Below are positions 27,755 through 37,792 of a stretch of 64,000 nucleotides of DNA, piece by piece. Both the position numbers and the translations under genes were made by a program. The notes under the pieces were generated by a model that did no database searches, had not been told where the DNA came from, and saw nothing but the letters and a program-made list of their open reading frames with translations. Where the stretch lies: NCBI GenBank assembly GCA_018382475.1, contig JAGZPX010000002.1:251525-315524 (forward strand). The letters are read 5' to 3'. Source of the stretch: Veillonella parvula (GTDB lineage: Bacteria; Bacillota; Negativicutes; Veillonellales; Veillonellaceae). Within the stretch, counting starts at the first letter, position 1. Every line of letters begins with the position of its first letter.

Positions 27755-29662
27755 TCAACTAATTGAAGAAACAGGTAAAACATTTTCTTCACCAAAAAAT
27801 TCTTTCGCTTTACCTAATATTTCAGAATCTTGAGTAGGTAAATATATTATTAAATTCCTTTTTGCTCTCGTTATGCATACATAAAATAATTTTTTCGTTC
27901 TTTTCTGAACAGTAGGGTTTGGAGATCCTTTTCCAAATAATGTATTAAAATCGTATTTATTCCAATTAGACTCTAATATAAGAAGTACATTGTCATATTC
28001 ACTCCCCTTTACACTATGTTGAGTACAAATTGGTGAAAATTCTTTTAAGTATAATATACTTTTTCTATATTGCTTAAATGTTATCCGTTTTATTCTCTCC
28101 CATAAATAAAATCCTGCATTTAAAATATAGTCACTAAATAAATCATCTTCGTCGAGTAATCCCTTTTCTTCTGCAAACGATAAAACTTCTTCTATCGTTT
28201 TATCATCTTCTTTTACAAGATAATCAATTGCTTGCTTAAGACAAATCTTATCCTCTCTATTACGAATAGAAAATTTTGTTATTCGTAAAAACTCATTAAA
28301 TTTATCATCCTCATATAATTCGATAATCTCCTCTAATATATCTAATCTACGTAAGATCCTATCTCTATAAGAATTAGCTTCATATTTACCACTCATTCCG
28401 TTTAATTTATATGACATAAGGGATTCCTTGGTGACTCTACATTTTGCGTAAGCTTCTACCCATGACATATCTGCTAAAATCCTATATACTGACTGATAAG
28501 TATCATCTCTATTAATTTGATCCAGCAAATCTTCTCTATTAAATATTGGTTTCTCCTCTAACGCCAACTCTCCCAAAGTCTTATCATTATCTAAACCACC
28601 CTTATCAATCTTTCCTTTTATCTTGCTTATAAGCGTAGTTATCAAATCAGCATTATATAGATCATATAAATCTTTAAAGCCAGCCATTTCAGCATTATAT
28701 TTATGTGTTAACCTTAACTCTTTGGTTTGTTTTCCATTAGAAAAATCCCAAAAATCAAAAATCGCTTTTTTCTTTATACTAATAAAATCATCTGGTTCAT
28801 TTCCATATAAAAATTTAATACTACCCGCTCTAATAGTACCATTCTCCATATTAGGTGCATTTATATCTTCTGAAGGTATTTGCTCGATACCATCATCTCT
28901 AAATTTATTAGCTACTTCTATTACAACTCTTGGATTTCTTCGATTTTGTTTCTTTACTATTTTAGTTAATCTATATTGAGTTAAATCACCAACTCCATTG
29001 TCATATATAGCCTGCATTGAATCCCCAAAAAAACCGATTACATTTTTTTTACTGCTTTGCTTTAAATGTTTTAATAAAATATCAGCTACTAAGGGACTCG
29101 TATCTTGATATTCATCAACAAAAATACAATCTGCACTATCCTTCAAAATATCTGCCATTTTTTTGTATTTCTCAAACATTTTTTCTGCAATAGTTATAAT
29201 ATGATCATGGCTAATTTTAACTACATTTTTATCATTTGGTGTTACAGAGTAATACTCGTCATAATCTACATAAAATTCTTTAAAATAATCTTTATAAATT
29301 AACTCCTCACCATAATCTTTTGGTTTTTTAAAGCTTTTTTCGCCTTCATCATTAATAAGTTCAGTTAAAATATTCTTAATTTCATCTTGATATTTTCCAA
29401 TAAGACTCCATATAAACTCATGAATTGTTGATACCCTAAGATTCTCATTTTCTATTCTTGACAAAATTTCTGCAACTGCATTATTTGTATATGTAATGCA
29501 AACTATCCTAATATTCGGTAATTCCTCTGTAAGAGTATTTATCAAAGAAATCAACGAATATGTTTTTCCACTTCCAGCTCCGCCTTCTATAATAAAATTT
29601 TCACCATTTTTTATACATTGAAGAGCTTTCAAAACTTCTTTTTCTAATTGTTTCGTAGCCAT
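27755..29662 (-). CDS. gajB: UvrD/PcrA-like SF1 helicase, Gabija GajB homolog
   Basis: Walker A GGAGSGKT, motif Ia ITYTNNAVAEI, motif II VDEYQDTSP, HSVKGSEYDNV, motif VI YVCITRAKRNL. All collinear with GajB/UvrD. It overlaps the upstream gene by 19 nt. Confidence 0.8.
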   Translation of the reverse strand: MATKQLEKEVLKALQCIKNGENFIIEGGAGSGKTYSLISLINTLTEELPNIRIVCITYTNNAVAEILSRIENENLRVSTIHEFIWSLIGKYQDEIKNILTELINDEGEKSFKKPKDYGEELIYKDYFKEFYVDYDEYYSVTPNDKNVVKISHDHIITIAEKMFEKYKKMADILKDSADCIFVDEYQDTSPLVADILLKHLKQSSKKNVIGFFGDSMQAIYDNGVGDLTQYRLTKIVKKQNRRNPRVVIEVANKFRDDGIEQIPSEDINAPNMENGTIRAGSIKFLYGNEPDDFISIKKKAIFDFWDFSNGKQTKELRLTHKYNAEMAGFKDLYDLYNADLITTLISKIKGKIDKGGLDNDKTLGELALEEKPIFNREDLLDQINRDDTYQSVYRILADMSWVEAYAKCRVTKESLMSYKLNGMSGKYEANSYRDRILRRLDILEEIIELYEDDKFNEFLRITKFSIRNREDKICLKQAIDYLVKEDDKTIEEVLSFAEEKGLLDEDDLFSDYILNAGFYLWERIKRITFKQYRKSILYLKEFSPICTQHSVKGSEYDNVLLILESNWNKYDFNTLFGKGSPNPTVQKRTKKLFYVCITRAKRNLIIYLPTQDSEILGKAKEFFGEENVLPVSSIS

Positions 29663-31701
29663 AATAAGCCCTCCTCAATATATTGCGGAACGTTCCACTT
29701 TTCATTCTCTTGTCCATTTTCATCATCAAAATACAATAAACTTGATGCAAATGCAGATTTCTTTGCTACTTTATTCAAAGCAAAATTATAATAATCACTT
29801 GAAATATCGGATTCATTAAAATTCTTTAAAGCTCCATATTCATATAGTCCTTCTTTATTCTTTAATATAAATTCTTTATTTAAGGCTATAAAGGCATCTT
29901 CAAAACTACTTGCCTGATATCCACCATCAGTTTCTGGTACTTGGTATGCTATTCGAATGTTATCTTGAATTTTATCCTCTGATCTTTTTTCTACAAGTTC
30001 CCTAAATTGATTCTCCGATGTATCAAGGCCAGCATATTTAAAAAAAATTTTAATAGAAGCATTGCTTGTATACTTTGCATCTTTAGGATGTGACTTCACA
30101 TATTTTCCATCATCATTTTTATTCGCAGCATCTATATCTGTAATTATCAAAACCTTAATTCCTAAAAAATCAAACAATGGAACAAAAACATGTGAATGTG
30201 CTCCAGCTTCTATTACAGAAATATTTTGTGATAATAACGGTACAATATCTCCTGATGAAGTTTCTTTATTATCAATCTTATGCATCATCATCGGCATTAA
30301 GATTCTTTCAGTATCCCCCTCTATACAAATAGCTTTATCGGCAAAAAAAAGCTCACTTCTATTTATTGTCAAATATTGCTTTACAAACTTAAATCCTTGC
30401 TGTTCATCTCCACCATACTTATCTTTTAAAGAATTAAAACTTTTTGCTATAACCTCATTCCCTTCTCTCTTTAAATATATGATGTCATCAAAATTACATT
30501 CAGAAACTATATGTGATGAATGCGAAGTAATTAAAATCTGTAACTGTTTATTCTTTTCACGCAGAAACTTATTTCTATGTGTTGCAATATGTGATTTTAT
30601 ATTTCTTATAAATACATACTGTAACTGAGGATGTGTATGTGCTTCAGGTTCTTCAATATATAAGAGATTTATATCTGCTGGCTGTTCAAACAATTCCTGT
30701 ATTTTAGTTTCAATTTCAAACAAAATGCCTATTAAATTTAAATACCCCAATCCATTATAAGTTTCAGGAAGTGAACAATCTTCACCTTGTCTATAACTTA
30801 AATTTGTATTATCTGACAATAAATTTTTCTCTGAAATAGATGACTCTATTGCTATATCAATTCCACTTTCTGTACCACCATAATTTTTTATGACACCTAT
30901 AACATCGCTAAAAATACCATCAATAGATTCTCCACTTTCACTTTGTTCCCCATTATAAATCTTATATAATTCTTTGTCGGCTTCCTCCAGTGTTTCTTCA
31001 AGTTTTGTAAATATTAATCCACTTTCATCTTTGGCGGCTTTATAAGAACTAAAATATTTACTTGTTAAGCCTGATAGAACATGGTTACGATCATCATTAG
31101 AAACTGCTCTATCAGCTCTTATTCCTAAGACTTTAATTACTTTTTGAATATCCTTATTATCAATTTCCTCTGATCTAGCTGATGTAATTTGATCAGATTC
31201 AATATCAAAGCCCCTTGAGTATTTTTTAGTTTCAAAATAATTGGAAAAATTCTTACTAATAAATTTAGAAAAAGATACAAAATTCTCAATTTTCTTCTCT
31301 TTTATTATATCTTTTAGTTTTATAATTTTATTTATAGGCATTATCGAAATAAATTCTAAAACTATAATATTATTATCCGGATTTAAATCCATCATAAATT
31401 TTTGTATATTTCTATATGAATCATTTTCATTATACTCAATAAATAATTTCAAATTAACAGCTTCTAATGATGCAACCGAATCCTGCTCAGATATAATATT
31501 CTTATATATATCTTTCTGACACTCTAAATTTATATCTTCCCACATTATTTTGGATGAATTTAGCATCTTATCCATAATAATCAACGCAGAAGTCTTTCCA
31601 CAATTATTTTTACCTATGACTAACGATAACTCTTCTTTAAACTCTAATTCGAAATTTTTTAGTAGTCTAAAGTTTTTAACCAACATCTTTTTTAAATACA
31701 T
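29644..31701 (-). CDS. gajA: OLD-family ATPase-TOPRIM nuclease, Gabija GajA homolog (class 2 OLD)
   Basis: N-terminus KNFRLLKNFELEF...IGKNNCGKTS (Walker A), Walker B LLYIEEPEAHTHPQLQ, TOPRIM CIEGDTERIL and LIITDIDAANKND. Partnered with a UvrD-like helicase. Confidence 0.8.
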   Translation of the reverse strand: MYLKKMLVKNFRLLKNFELEFKEELSLVIGKNNCGKTSALIIMDKMLNSSKIMWEDINLECQKDIYKNIISEQDSVASLEAVNLKLFIEYNENDSYRNIQKFMMDLNPDNNIIVLEFISIMPINKIIKLKDIIKEKKIENFVSFSKFISKNFSNYFETKKYSRGFDIESDQITSARSEEIDNKDIQKVIKVLGIRADRAVSNDDRNHVLSGLTSKYFSSYKAAKDESGLIFTKLEETLEEADKELYKIYNGEQSESGESIDGIFSDVIGVIKNYGGTESGIDIAIESSISEKNLLSDNTNLSYRQGEDCSLPETYNGLGYLNLIGILFEIETKIQELFEQPADINLLYIEEPEAHTHPQLQYVFIRNIKSHIATHRNKFLREKNKQLQILITSHSSHIVSECNFDDIIYLKREGNEVIAKSFNSLKDKYGGDEQQGFKFVKQYLTINRSELFFADKAICIEGDTERILMPMMMHKIDNKETSSGDIVPLLSQNISVIEAGAHSHVFVPLFDFLGIKVLIITDIDAANKNDDGKYVKSHPKDAKYTSNASIKIFFKYAGLDTSENQFRELVEKRSEDKIQDNIRIAYQVPETDGGYQASSFEDAFIALNKEFILKNKEGLYEYGALKNFNESDISSDYYNFALNKVAKKSAFASSLLYFDDENGQENEKWNVPQYIEEGLLWLRNN

Positions 31702-31892
31702 TTAAAACACTCCCCTTTTTATAAATAATCATATCACTTGATTATTCCACAATTATTTCAGCATAATAATCTAAAATGTGGTATTGGTTATAATATTTTA
31801 TTGATTTTTAATATACTTTGATACTTAAATAGGCTGTACAAATCGCCCTGCCTAATTACATGTCAACTCCTTTATATATTCAATCAAAATAG

Positions 31893-31932
31893 TAAAAAAG
31901 CCTCCCATCAAAATGATAGGAGGCTTTTATGC
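31893..31932. terminator. bidirectional terminator 3' of guaA, at the island boundary
   Basis: aaaaagcctcccatcaaaatgataggaggctttt. Confidence 0.5.
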
Positions 31933-32039
31933 ACTCTTCAAATCCAAAACTCTCCCTTTCAAACTTATTCTTTTACCTTTCAGTTGAATTCAGAATTACT
32001 CAAAAAGTACAGTTAATGAATTTAAATCAATATTTCTTA

Positions 32040-33593
32040 TTATTCCCACTCAATTGTAGCAGGTGGTTTAGATGTAATATCGTACACGATACGGTTAATG
32101 TGTTGTACTTCGTTTACGATACGACGGGAGATTGTGTCCAATATGTCGTAAGGGATGCGTGCCCAGTCAGCAGTCATGAAGTCTGTTGTTGTTACGCCAC
32201 GCAATGCCAATGTGTAGTCATATGTACGGAAGTCACCCATAACGCCTACGGTACGTGTAGATGTTAATACTGCAAAGTATTGGTTGATACTGCGATCAAG
32301 GCCAGCTTTTGCAATTTCATCACGGAAGATGTAGTCCGCATCACGCAAGATGTCGAGTTTGTCTTTAGTGATTTCACCCATTACGCGGATAGCAAGACCA
32401 GGTCCTGGGAATGGTTGACGCCATACGAGATAATCAGCCAAACCTAATTCGGAACCAAGTTCACGCACTTCATCTTTGAATAGGTTGCGCAATGGTTCGA
32501 TAAGGCCTTTGAAGTCTACAACTGCAGGCAAGCCACCTACGTTGTGATGAGATTTAATAACTTCTGCTTCGCCGGTACCAGACTCGATAACGTCAGGGTA
32601 GATTGTACCTTGCGCTAAGTAGTCAACGGAACCGATTTTACGACCTTCGTCTTCGAATACGCGGATGAATTCTTCACCGATAGCTTTACGTTTAGCTTCT
32701 GGATCTTCAAGACCAGCCAATTTATCTAAGAAACGTTTTTCTGCATCGACGCGAATGAAATGCATGCCGGAATCTTTGAAAGCTGCTTCTACTTCGTCGC
32801 CTTCGTTTTTACGCATTAAACCGTGGTCAACGAAGATACAAGTCAATTGGTCACCTACAGCTTTAGAAATAAGAGCTGCTGCAACGGAGCTGTCTACACC
32901 GCCGGACAAAGCCAATAATACTTTGCCGTCACCAACGGTTTTGCGGATATCTTCAATAGCAGATTTCGCATAGTTTGCCATTGTCCATGTGCCTGTGAAG
33001 CCACATACTTCGTACAAGAAGTTGTGAAGCATTTCTTTACCATGTTCAGTGTGCAACACTTCTGCATGGTATTGCATAGCATATAATTTACGTTCTTTAT
33101 TTTGCATGGATGCAACAGGACAATCCTTCGTATGTGCTACGATTTCAAAGCCTTCAGGAACTTTTGCTACATAGTCAACATGAGACATCCAAACAACTTG
33201 GTCTTCTTCCAAACCTTTGAACAATGGAGATGTAGTATCCACTTTAGTAGGTGTTTTACCGAATTCACGGTTGTCCGCAGATTTAACTTCGCCACCCAAT
33301 GTATGCGCCATAAATTGCATACCATAGCACATGCCAAGAATAGGAATACCAAGTTCAAAAATCTCTTTCTCAATTTTTGGAGAGTTTTCTTCATACACGC
33401 TGTTAGGACCGCCTGTGAAGATGATACCTTGCGGTTTTAATTCCTTAATTTTTTCCAGCGCTTTGTTGTATGGATATACTTCGCAGTATACGTGATTTTC
33501 ACGAACACGGCGCGCGATCAATTGGTTATATTGACCACCAAAGTCAACAACAATTACAAATTCCTTGTTTTCCATGCCTTCCTCCATATGCAT
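32040..33593 (-). CDS. guaA: GMP synthase (glutamine-hydrolysing)
   Basis: N-terminal GATase ([17 protein letters not shown]), ATP-PPase SGGVDSSV, and the C-terminal dimerisation domain ending ...PPATIEWE. The likely start is ~33575 (MENKEF), immediately after GGAGGAAGG. Confidence 0.9.
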   Translation of the reverse strand: MHMEEGMENKEFVIVVDFGGQYNQLIARRVRENHVYCEVYPYNKALEKIKELKPQGIIFTGGPNSVYEENSPKIEKEIFELGIPILGMCYGMQFMAHTLGGEVKSADNREFGKTPTKVDTTSPLFKGLEEDQVVWMSHVDYVAKVPEGFEIVAHTKDCPVASMQNKERKLYAMQYHAEVLHTEHGKEMLHNFLYEVCGFTGTWTMANYAKSAIEDIRKTVGDGKVLLALSGGVDSSVAAALISKAVGDQLTCIFVDHGLMRKNEGDEVEAAFKDSGMHFIRVDAEKRFLDKLAGLEDPEAKRKAIGEEFIRVFEDEGRKIGSVDYLAQGTIYPDVIESGTGEAEVIKSHHNVGGLPAVVDFKGLIEPLRNLFKDEVRELGSELGLADYLVWRQPFPGPGLAIRVMGEITKDKLDILRDADYIFRDEIAKAGLDRSINQYFAVLTSTRTVGVMGDFRTYDYTLALRGVTTTDFMTADWARIPYDILDTISRRIVNEVQHINRIVYDITSKPPATIEWE

Positions 33594-33836
33594 CTATTTG
33601 TGAAAGTATATTCACTATTTATTATGCCCATACATATCTGTACTGGGGGCGCGTTTTTCCGAGCTAAACGCTAATTTTTCATTACATTTTATTATACCAT
33701 AGGAAGTATAACGACTCCATATATTCCGTATGGAAATTATAAATAAGAATTCAATGTTCGGATTTCTAACTATCACTCTTTAGGAGCTTTCCGTATGTAA
33801 GTCAATTTGCTAACAATGCTGAAAGATATCTAGCTA

Positions 33837-34034
33837 TCACTTTTTAGGGGTCTCTCGTTTATACATTTTTACGGCCCCCACGGGACAAATGGAATAGCAG
33901 TCGCCGCAACCGATACAGCCTTTCCCGATGATAAATCGAGTCTTACCTTCGGTGATGCATTGAACAGGACAATCCTCAGCACAAGCGCCACATTTAACGC
34001 AAGTATCGTCAATATTAAACTTTAGATTTCCCAT
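33837..34034 (-). CDS. 2x[4Fe-4S] ferredoxin
   Basis: Two CxxCxxCxxxCP motifs in 65 aa. Confidence 0.75.
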   Translation of the reverse strand: MGNLKFNIDDTCVKCGACAEDCPVQCITEGKTRFIIGKGCIGCGDCYSICPVGAVKMYKRETPKK

Positions 34035-34189
34035 TATACATCACCTCCTATGTACTGTTTATCTGTGCCAAACTTAATATTATCTATTTTTAAGTAGTAG
34101 GATTCATATTTTAAATATATAAGATCACAAACATCACGCTAGCTCAAAAATATATTCATAATATTTCAATACAACAACAGCTATTATAA

Positions 34190-35341
34190 TTATTTTTTCT
34201 TATTTACTTCACTATTATACGCAATAGCCGAGTAAATAGCCTTTGCCACGCCTTGGTGGTTATTGTCTGTCGTTTCGTATCGTGCCGCTTCTTTAATGTT
34301 CGGCTTGCTATTGCCCATGGCTACGCCAGCACCCGCAAAGCGTAGCATAGATAGGTCATTTTCGCTATCCCCTAGTGTCATCACCTCATCGGGACTTAAG
34401 CCCCAATGTTTTGCCAACGCTTCTACGGCTGTGCCTTTTGTAGTGTGAGGCAAGACGAATTCTAAATTGCCTTCACTAGAGAGCAGCACATCATAGAAAC
34501 GTTCACGACCTGTACCATCGTGGGATAGACCTTGGTATTCATCGCGCAAGTCTTGCAAGATACGTTGACGCATCGGTTCATCACCGTAAAAAATTTGAAT
34601 CTTCTCAGGTCCTTCGTCTAAGGATTCCATATGAGCTAACAAATCGCAGACCATTGTCCGCGTCGCTAAAATAAATGGACGAATATTAGGTCTAAAGAAG
34701 AAATTAGATTGCTCTATTTCACATTCAGACATCTTTACCTTTGCGGCTTCGTTGCCTTCCGCCAATGCATAGTGATCGTATGTTGCCCCTGGCAGATGAG
34801 TGTCCCCTATACCAGAAATCTGATTTTTAGTATTAGGCAGATGATTATCCAGTATGCCATGTACAGTCTTTTTATCTTCCTCAGCACGCTCGCTAGCGCA
34901 TACGCCTAAGCGTTCAGGTGTAATACATCTAGATGGCGGATACATGCCAAAGATTTGGTCTTTCACATAGGCCTCTACATAAACGCCATAGGTTAATAGT
35001 TTGCGCAGCAAATGTAGTGCTTGTTCTTTATCAAAACTTACGTGGAATAGACTGCGGTTTTCGTCCTTATCCATTACATAAGCGCCATTGGTGCACATGA
35101 AATAGCGCAAGCACGGCAGTTTTTCGATAACATCATTCATCTCATTCCAAGCACGGCCAGAAGCAATGGCTACGCGGATGCCACTTTCACGAGCGGCACG
35201 AATCGCCTCAATAGCATCCTCAGGAATCGCCTTTGCATCATTTACCAAGGTACCATCTACATCAGATGCGATGAATCGAATGGGCTTATCCCCTGTGAGG
35301 CCTATATAATTTTTTATTTGTAATGTCTCAGTCGAGGCCAT
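34190..35341 (-). CDS. HAD-superfamily (Cof-type, IIB) hydrolase with a large cap insertion
   Basis: Motif I IASDVDGTL and the C-terminal GDSENDLSM...GVAMGN. 383 aa. Confidence 0.7.
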   Translation of the reverse strand: MASTETLQIKNYIGLTGDKPIRFIASDVDGTLVNDAKAIPEDAIEAIRAARESGIRVAIASGRAWNEMNDVIEKLPCLRYFMCTNGAYVMDKDENRSLFHVSFDKEQALHLLRKLLTYGVYVEAYVKDQIFGMYPPSRCITPERLGVCASERAEEDKKTVHGILDNHLPNTKNQISGIGDTHLPGATYDHYALAEGNEAAKVKMSECEIEQSNFFFRPNIRPFILATRTMVCDLLAHMESLDEGPEKIQIFYGDEPMRQRILQDLRDEYQGLSHDGTGRERFYDVLLSSEGNLEFVLPHTTKGTAVEALAKHWGLSPDEVMTLGDSENDLSMLRFAGAGVAMGNSKPNIKEAARYETTDNNHQGVAKAIYSAIAYNSEVNKKK

Positions 35342-35345
35342 ACAT

Positions 35346-35386
35346 CCTCCTTCTATTCCTTCTATTCCTTCTATTCCTTCTATTTA
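35346..35386. repeat. 9-bp tandem repeat x4 (ttctattcc) filling the M20D-HAD intergenic spacer
   Basis: Read directly from the sequence: cctcc ttctattcc ttctattcc ttctattcc ttctattta. On the coding (minus) strand each unit is AAUAGAAGG, that is a UAG plus a GAAGG SD-like core. Confidence 0.8.
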
Positions 35387-36561
35387 GAATTATTAAATTC
35401 GGCTACAATCTCTTCTAAGATTGCTGGTTTTTCTACCAATCGCAATACTGTGCCACCAATGATATTTGCACCGTCGATGATAGTTTGTTCAATGGTAGGC
35501 TCTAACATAGCAGCAGCAAATTCTTTAGAATGGCACACCTTCGGCTCGCCAACGAGGCGCAATTTAGGATGGAATGCCGCACATTGATAACTTACATTGC
35601 CAATATCTGAGCTACCTCCAAGGGCTGCTGGGCCGGACTCAAAATCAAGGTCCATATCGGCCATTACCTCTTCGATAAGTGCTGTGCCACGATTGTTTTG
35701 GTTCATATCATCATAAGGATTGCCATAAAACTCTACATCCACAGTTGTACCTGTACAAAGGGCCGCCCCTTCAAAGATTTTTTTGATTTGCTTGGATAAA
35801 CCATTCAAGTACTCACGCTCTGTGTGACGCACGGTAACCTCTAATTCACCGAAAGCAGGAATCACATTAGATGCAGTACCTCCCGCAATGATCCATGTGC
35901 CAATACGCGTTTCAGGGCGCACTTGTTGGCGCATCATATCCATAGCATGGATAGCGAGTTGCACACCATTTACCGCATTGACGCCATTCCAAGGCTCGCC
36001 AGCTGCATGGGCTGGCTTACCGTGATACTTAGCACGGAAGCAATCGAGTGCCAAGAATTGTGAGTTAGGACGCGTTTCTTCGCCGTCGAGGTGGACCATG
36101 ATGGCAAAATCGTATTCTTTGAATACCCCTGCATTGCACATATCTACCTTGCAACCCATCGCTTCTTCGTCTGGTGTGCCGATAATATCGATGTCCATGT
36201 TGGAAGCTACACCCTCTTCTTGCATTTTGTGTAGTGTCAATGCAGCTAGCACGCTCATAGAACCACTGGCGGAGTGACCGCACGCATGGCCTACCTCTGG
36301 CAGTGCATCGTATTCACAAAGTATGGCTAAACGCCCTTTTGGGTTGTTTACTTTTACGGCAGACGCCTTGAAGGCGGTCGGCAAATTGCAGAATTCATAG
36401 GTTACGTCCATGCCATATTTTTCGAGAACAGCGCCTATGGTTTTGACAGACTCAAACTCCTGACTGGAAATCTCAGGATTCTTAGCTAATGTGTAATTAA
36501 TAGCAAACGCATCAGGTGCGAAGCTTTTACAAAGATCAGCAAAAGTAGTTGTAAGGGACAT
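35380..36561 (-). CDS. M20D family amidohydrolase (aminoacylase/hippurate-hydrolase type)
   Basis: HACGHSASG metal-binding motif. 393 aa. Confidence 0.75.
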   Translation of the reverse strand: MSLTTTFADLCKSFAPDAFAINYTLAKNPEISSQEFESVKTIGAVLEKYGMDVTYEFCNLPTAFKASAVKVNNPKGRLAILCEYDALPEVGHACGHSASGSMSVLAALTLHKMQEEGVASNMDIDIIGTPDEEAMGCKVDMCNAGVFKEYDFAIMVHLDGEETRPNSQFLALDCFRAKYHGKPAHAAGEPWNGVNAVNGVQLAIHAMDMMRQQVRPETRIGTWIIAGGTASNVIPAFGELEVTVRHTEREYLNGLSKQIKKIFEGAALCTGTTVDVEFYGNPYDDMNQNNRGTALIEEVMADMDLDFESGPAALGGSSDIGNVSYQCAAFHPKLRLVGEPKVCHSKEFAAAMLEPTIEQTIIDGANIIGGTVLRLVEKPAILEEIVAEFNNSK

Positions 36562-36695
36562 ATTGCCTCCATGTATATAACCACATTATTATAAAGGATT
36601 ATGATACTCTACAATAAAGAATAAAAAACTCGTTTACTCTTAATTATACAATGTTATTGCCTATTGGTGTAAAATTCCGTACAATATAAACAGAA

Positions 36696-37517
36696 ATGTA
36701 TAAACCATGTATATGGATGTTTGAGGAGGATACTATGTTTAAGTTCAAAAAATTGACAGCCATCGCCCTCGTAGCGGTAGCAGCAATAGGTTTATTGGCT
36801 GGTTGTGGCAATGACAAACCAAAAATGACACAACAAGAAGGTGTATTGCGTGTAGGTTCTGAAACTACATTCCCACCATTCGAATTTACTGAAGGCGACA
36901 AATACGTTGGTTTCGATGTTGATTTATCCGAAGCAATTTCCAAAAAAATCGGCCTAAAAATGGAATTCAAATCCATGGGCTTCGACGCTTTGATTCCAGC
37001 TGTCCAATCTGGCGATATCGACATGATTGCTGCAGGTATCAACGCTACTCCAGAACGCGAAAAAGTATTGGACTTCTCCGATGTATACTTTGATCAAGGC
37101 GGTTTCATCACAGTTGTTCGTAAAGACAACACAACCATCCACAATATGGATGAATTAGCAGGTAAAACTGTAGGCGCTCAAATCGGTACAATCCCGGTTG
37201 AAATGGCTCAAAAAATTCCTGGTACAACAGTAAAACAAATCGATTCTAATGCTAATATCTTCATGGAATTGAAAGCTGGTACAATCGACGGCGCTATCAT
37301 CGATAATGCAGTTGCTATGTACTACCTCAAACAAGGTGCTGATCAAGACCTTAAACTCGTAGGCGAACCTACACAATCCCCTGGCACAGTGCTTGGCGTG
37401 AAAAAAGGCAACAAAGCTTTACAAGAAGCTGTTAACAAAGCTCTTAAAGAACTTAAAGAAGACGGCACTTACCAAAAAATTTACAACAAATGGTTCGGCG
37501 ATTACAACAAAAAATAA
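36696..37517 (+). CDS. polar amino-acid ABC transporter substrate-binding lipoprotein
   Basis: Lipobox LAGCGN and family-3 SBP blocks (GSETTFPPFEF, DMIAAGINATPER). The likely start is ~36735, after GAGGAGG. Confidence 0.8.
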   Translation: MYKPCIWMFEEDTMFKFKKLTAIALVAVAAIGLLAGCGNDKPKMTQQEGVLRVGSETTFPPFEFTEGDKYVGFDVDLSEAISKKIGLKMEFKSMGFDALIPAVQSGDIDMIAAGINATPEREKVLDFSDVYFDQGGFITVVRKDNTTIHNMDELAGKTVGAQIGTIPVEMAQKIPGTTVKQIDSNANIFMELKAGTIDGAIIDNAVAMYYLKQGADQDLKLVGEPTQSPGTVLGVKKGNKALQEAVNKALKELKEDGTYQKIYNKWFGDYNKK

Positions 37518-37548
37518 TATGTATTCCTAAGAACTAGAATACATAATA

Positions 37549-37620
37549 ACCCCTCTGAAAGATTGCAGACATCACATAAAATTTGTGACAGCAGATTTTC
37601 TTCAGAGGGGATTTTTTTAT
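37549..37620 (+). terminator. rho-independent terminator
   Basis: cccctctgaaag ... cttcagagggg followed by atttttttat. Confidence 0.55.
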
Positions 37621-37792
37621 CATTTGAATCCAATACATGCTGAAGACTCTGTATTATGCATAGATATAAATTAGAAATAGGCTAGTATATTGTGAGAACA
37701 GGTAACTGATAGCAGTATGATATCAATGGAGAACATACAGATATACTAGTATTTTCTCTTTTACGGTACCTCGCGTTCGTTATATAATAAAT

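Noticed and set aside
31929-32267. 112-aa plus-strand ORF at the guaA 3' end
   Set aside because: It is antisense to the highly conserved guaA C-terminus and begins inside the guaA terminator. It is spurious.
35346-35386. Possible CRISPR array (9-bp repeats); also 60420-60500 (8-bp repeats)
   Set aside because: The units are far too short, are directly abutting with no spacers, and no cas genes are present. These are simple tandem repeats.
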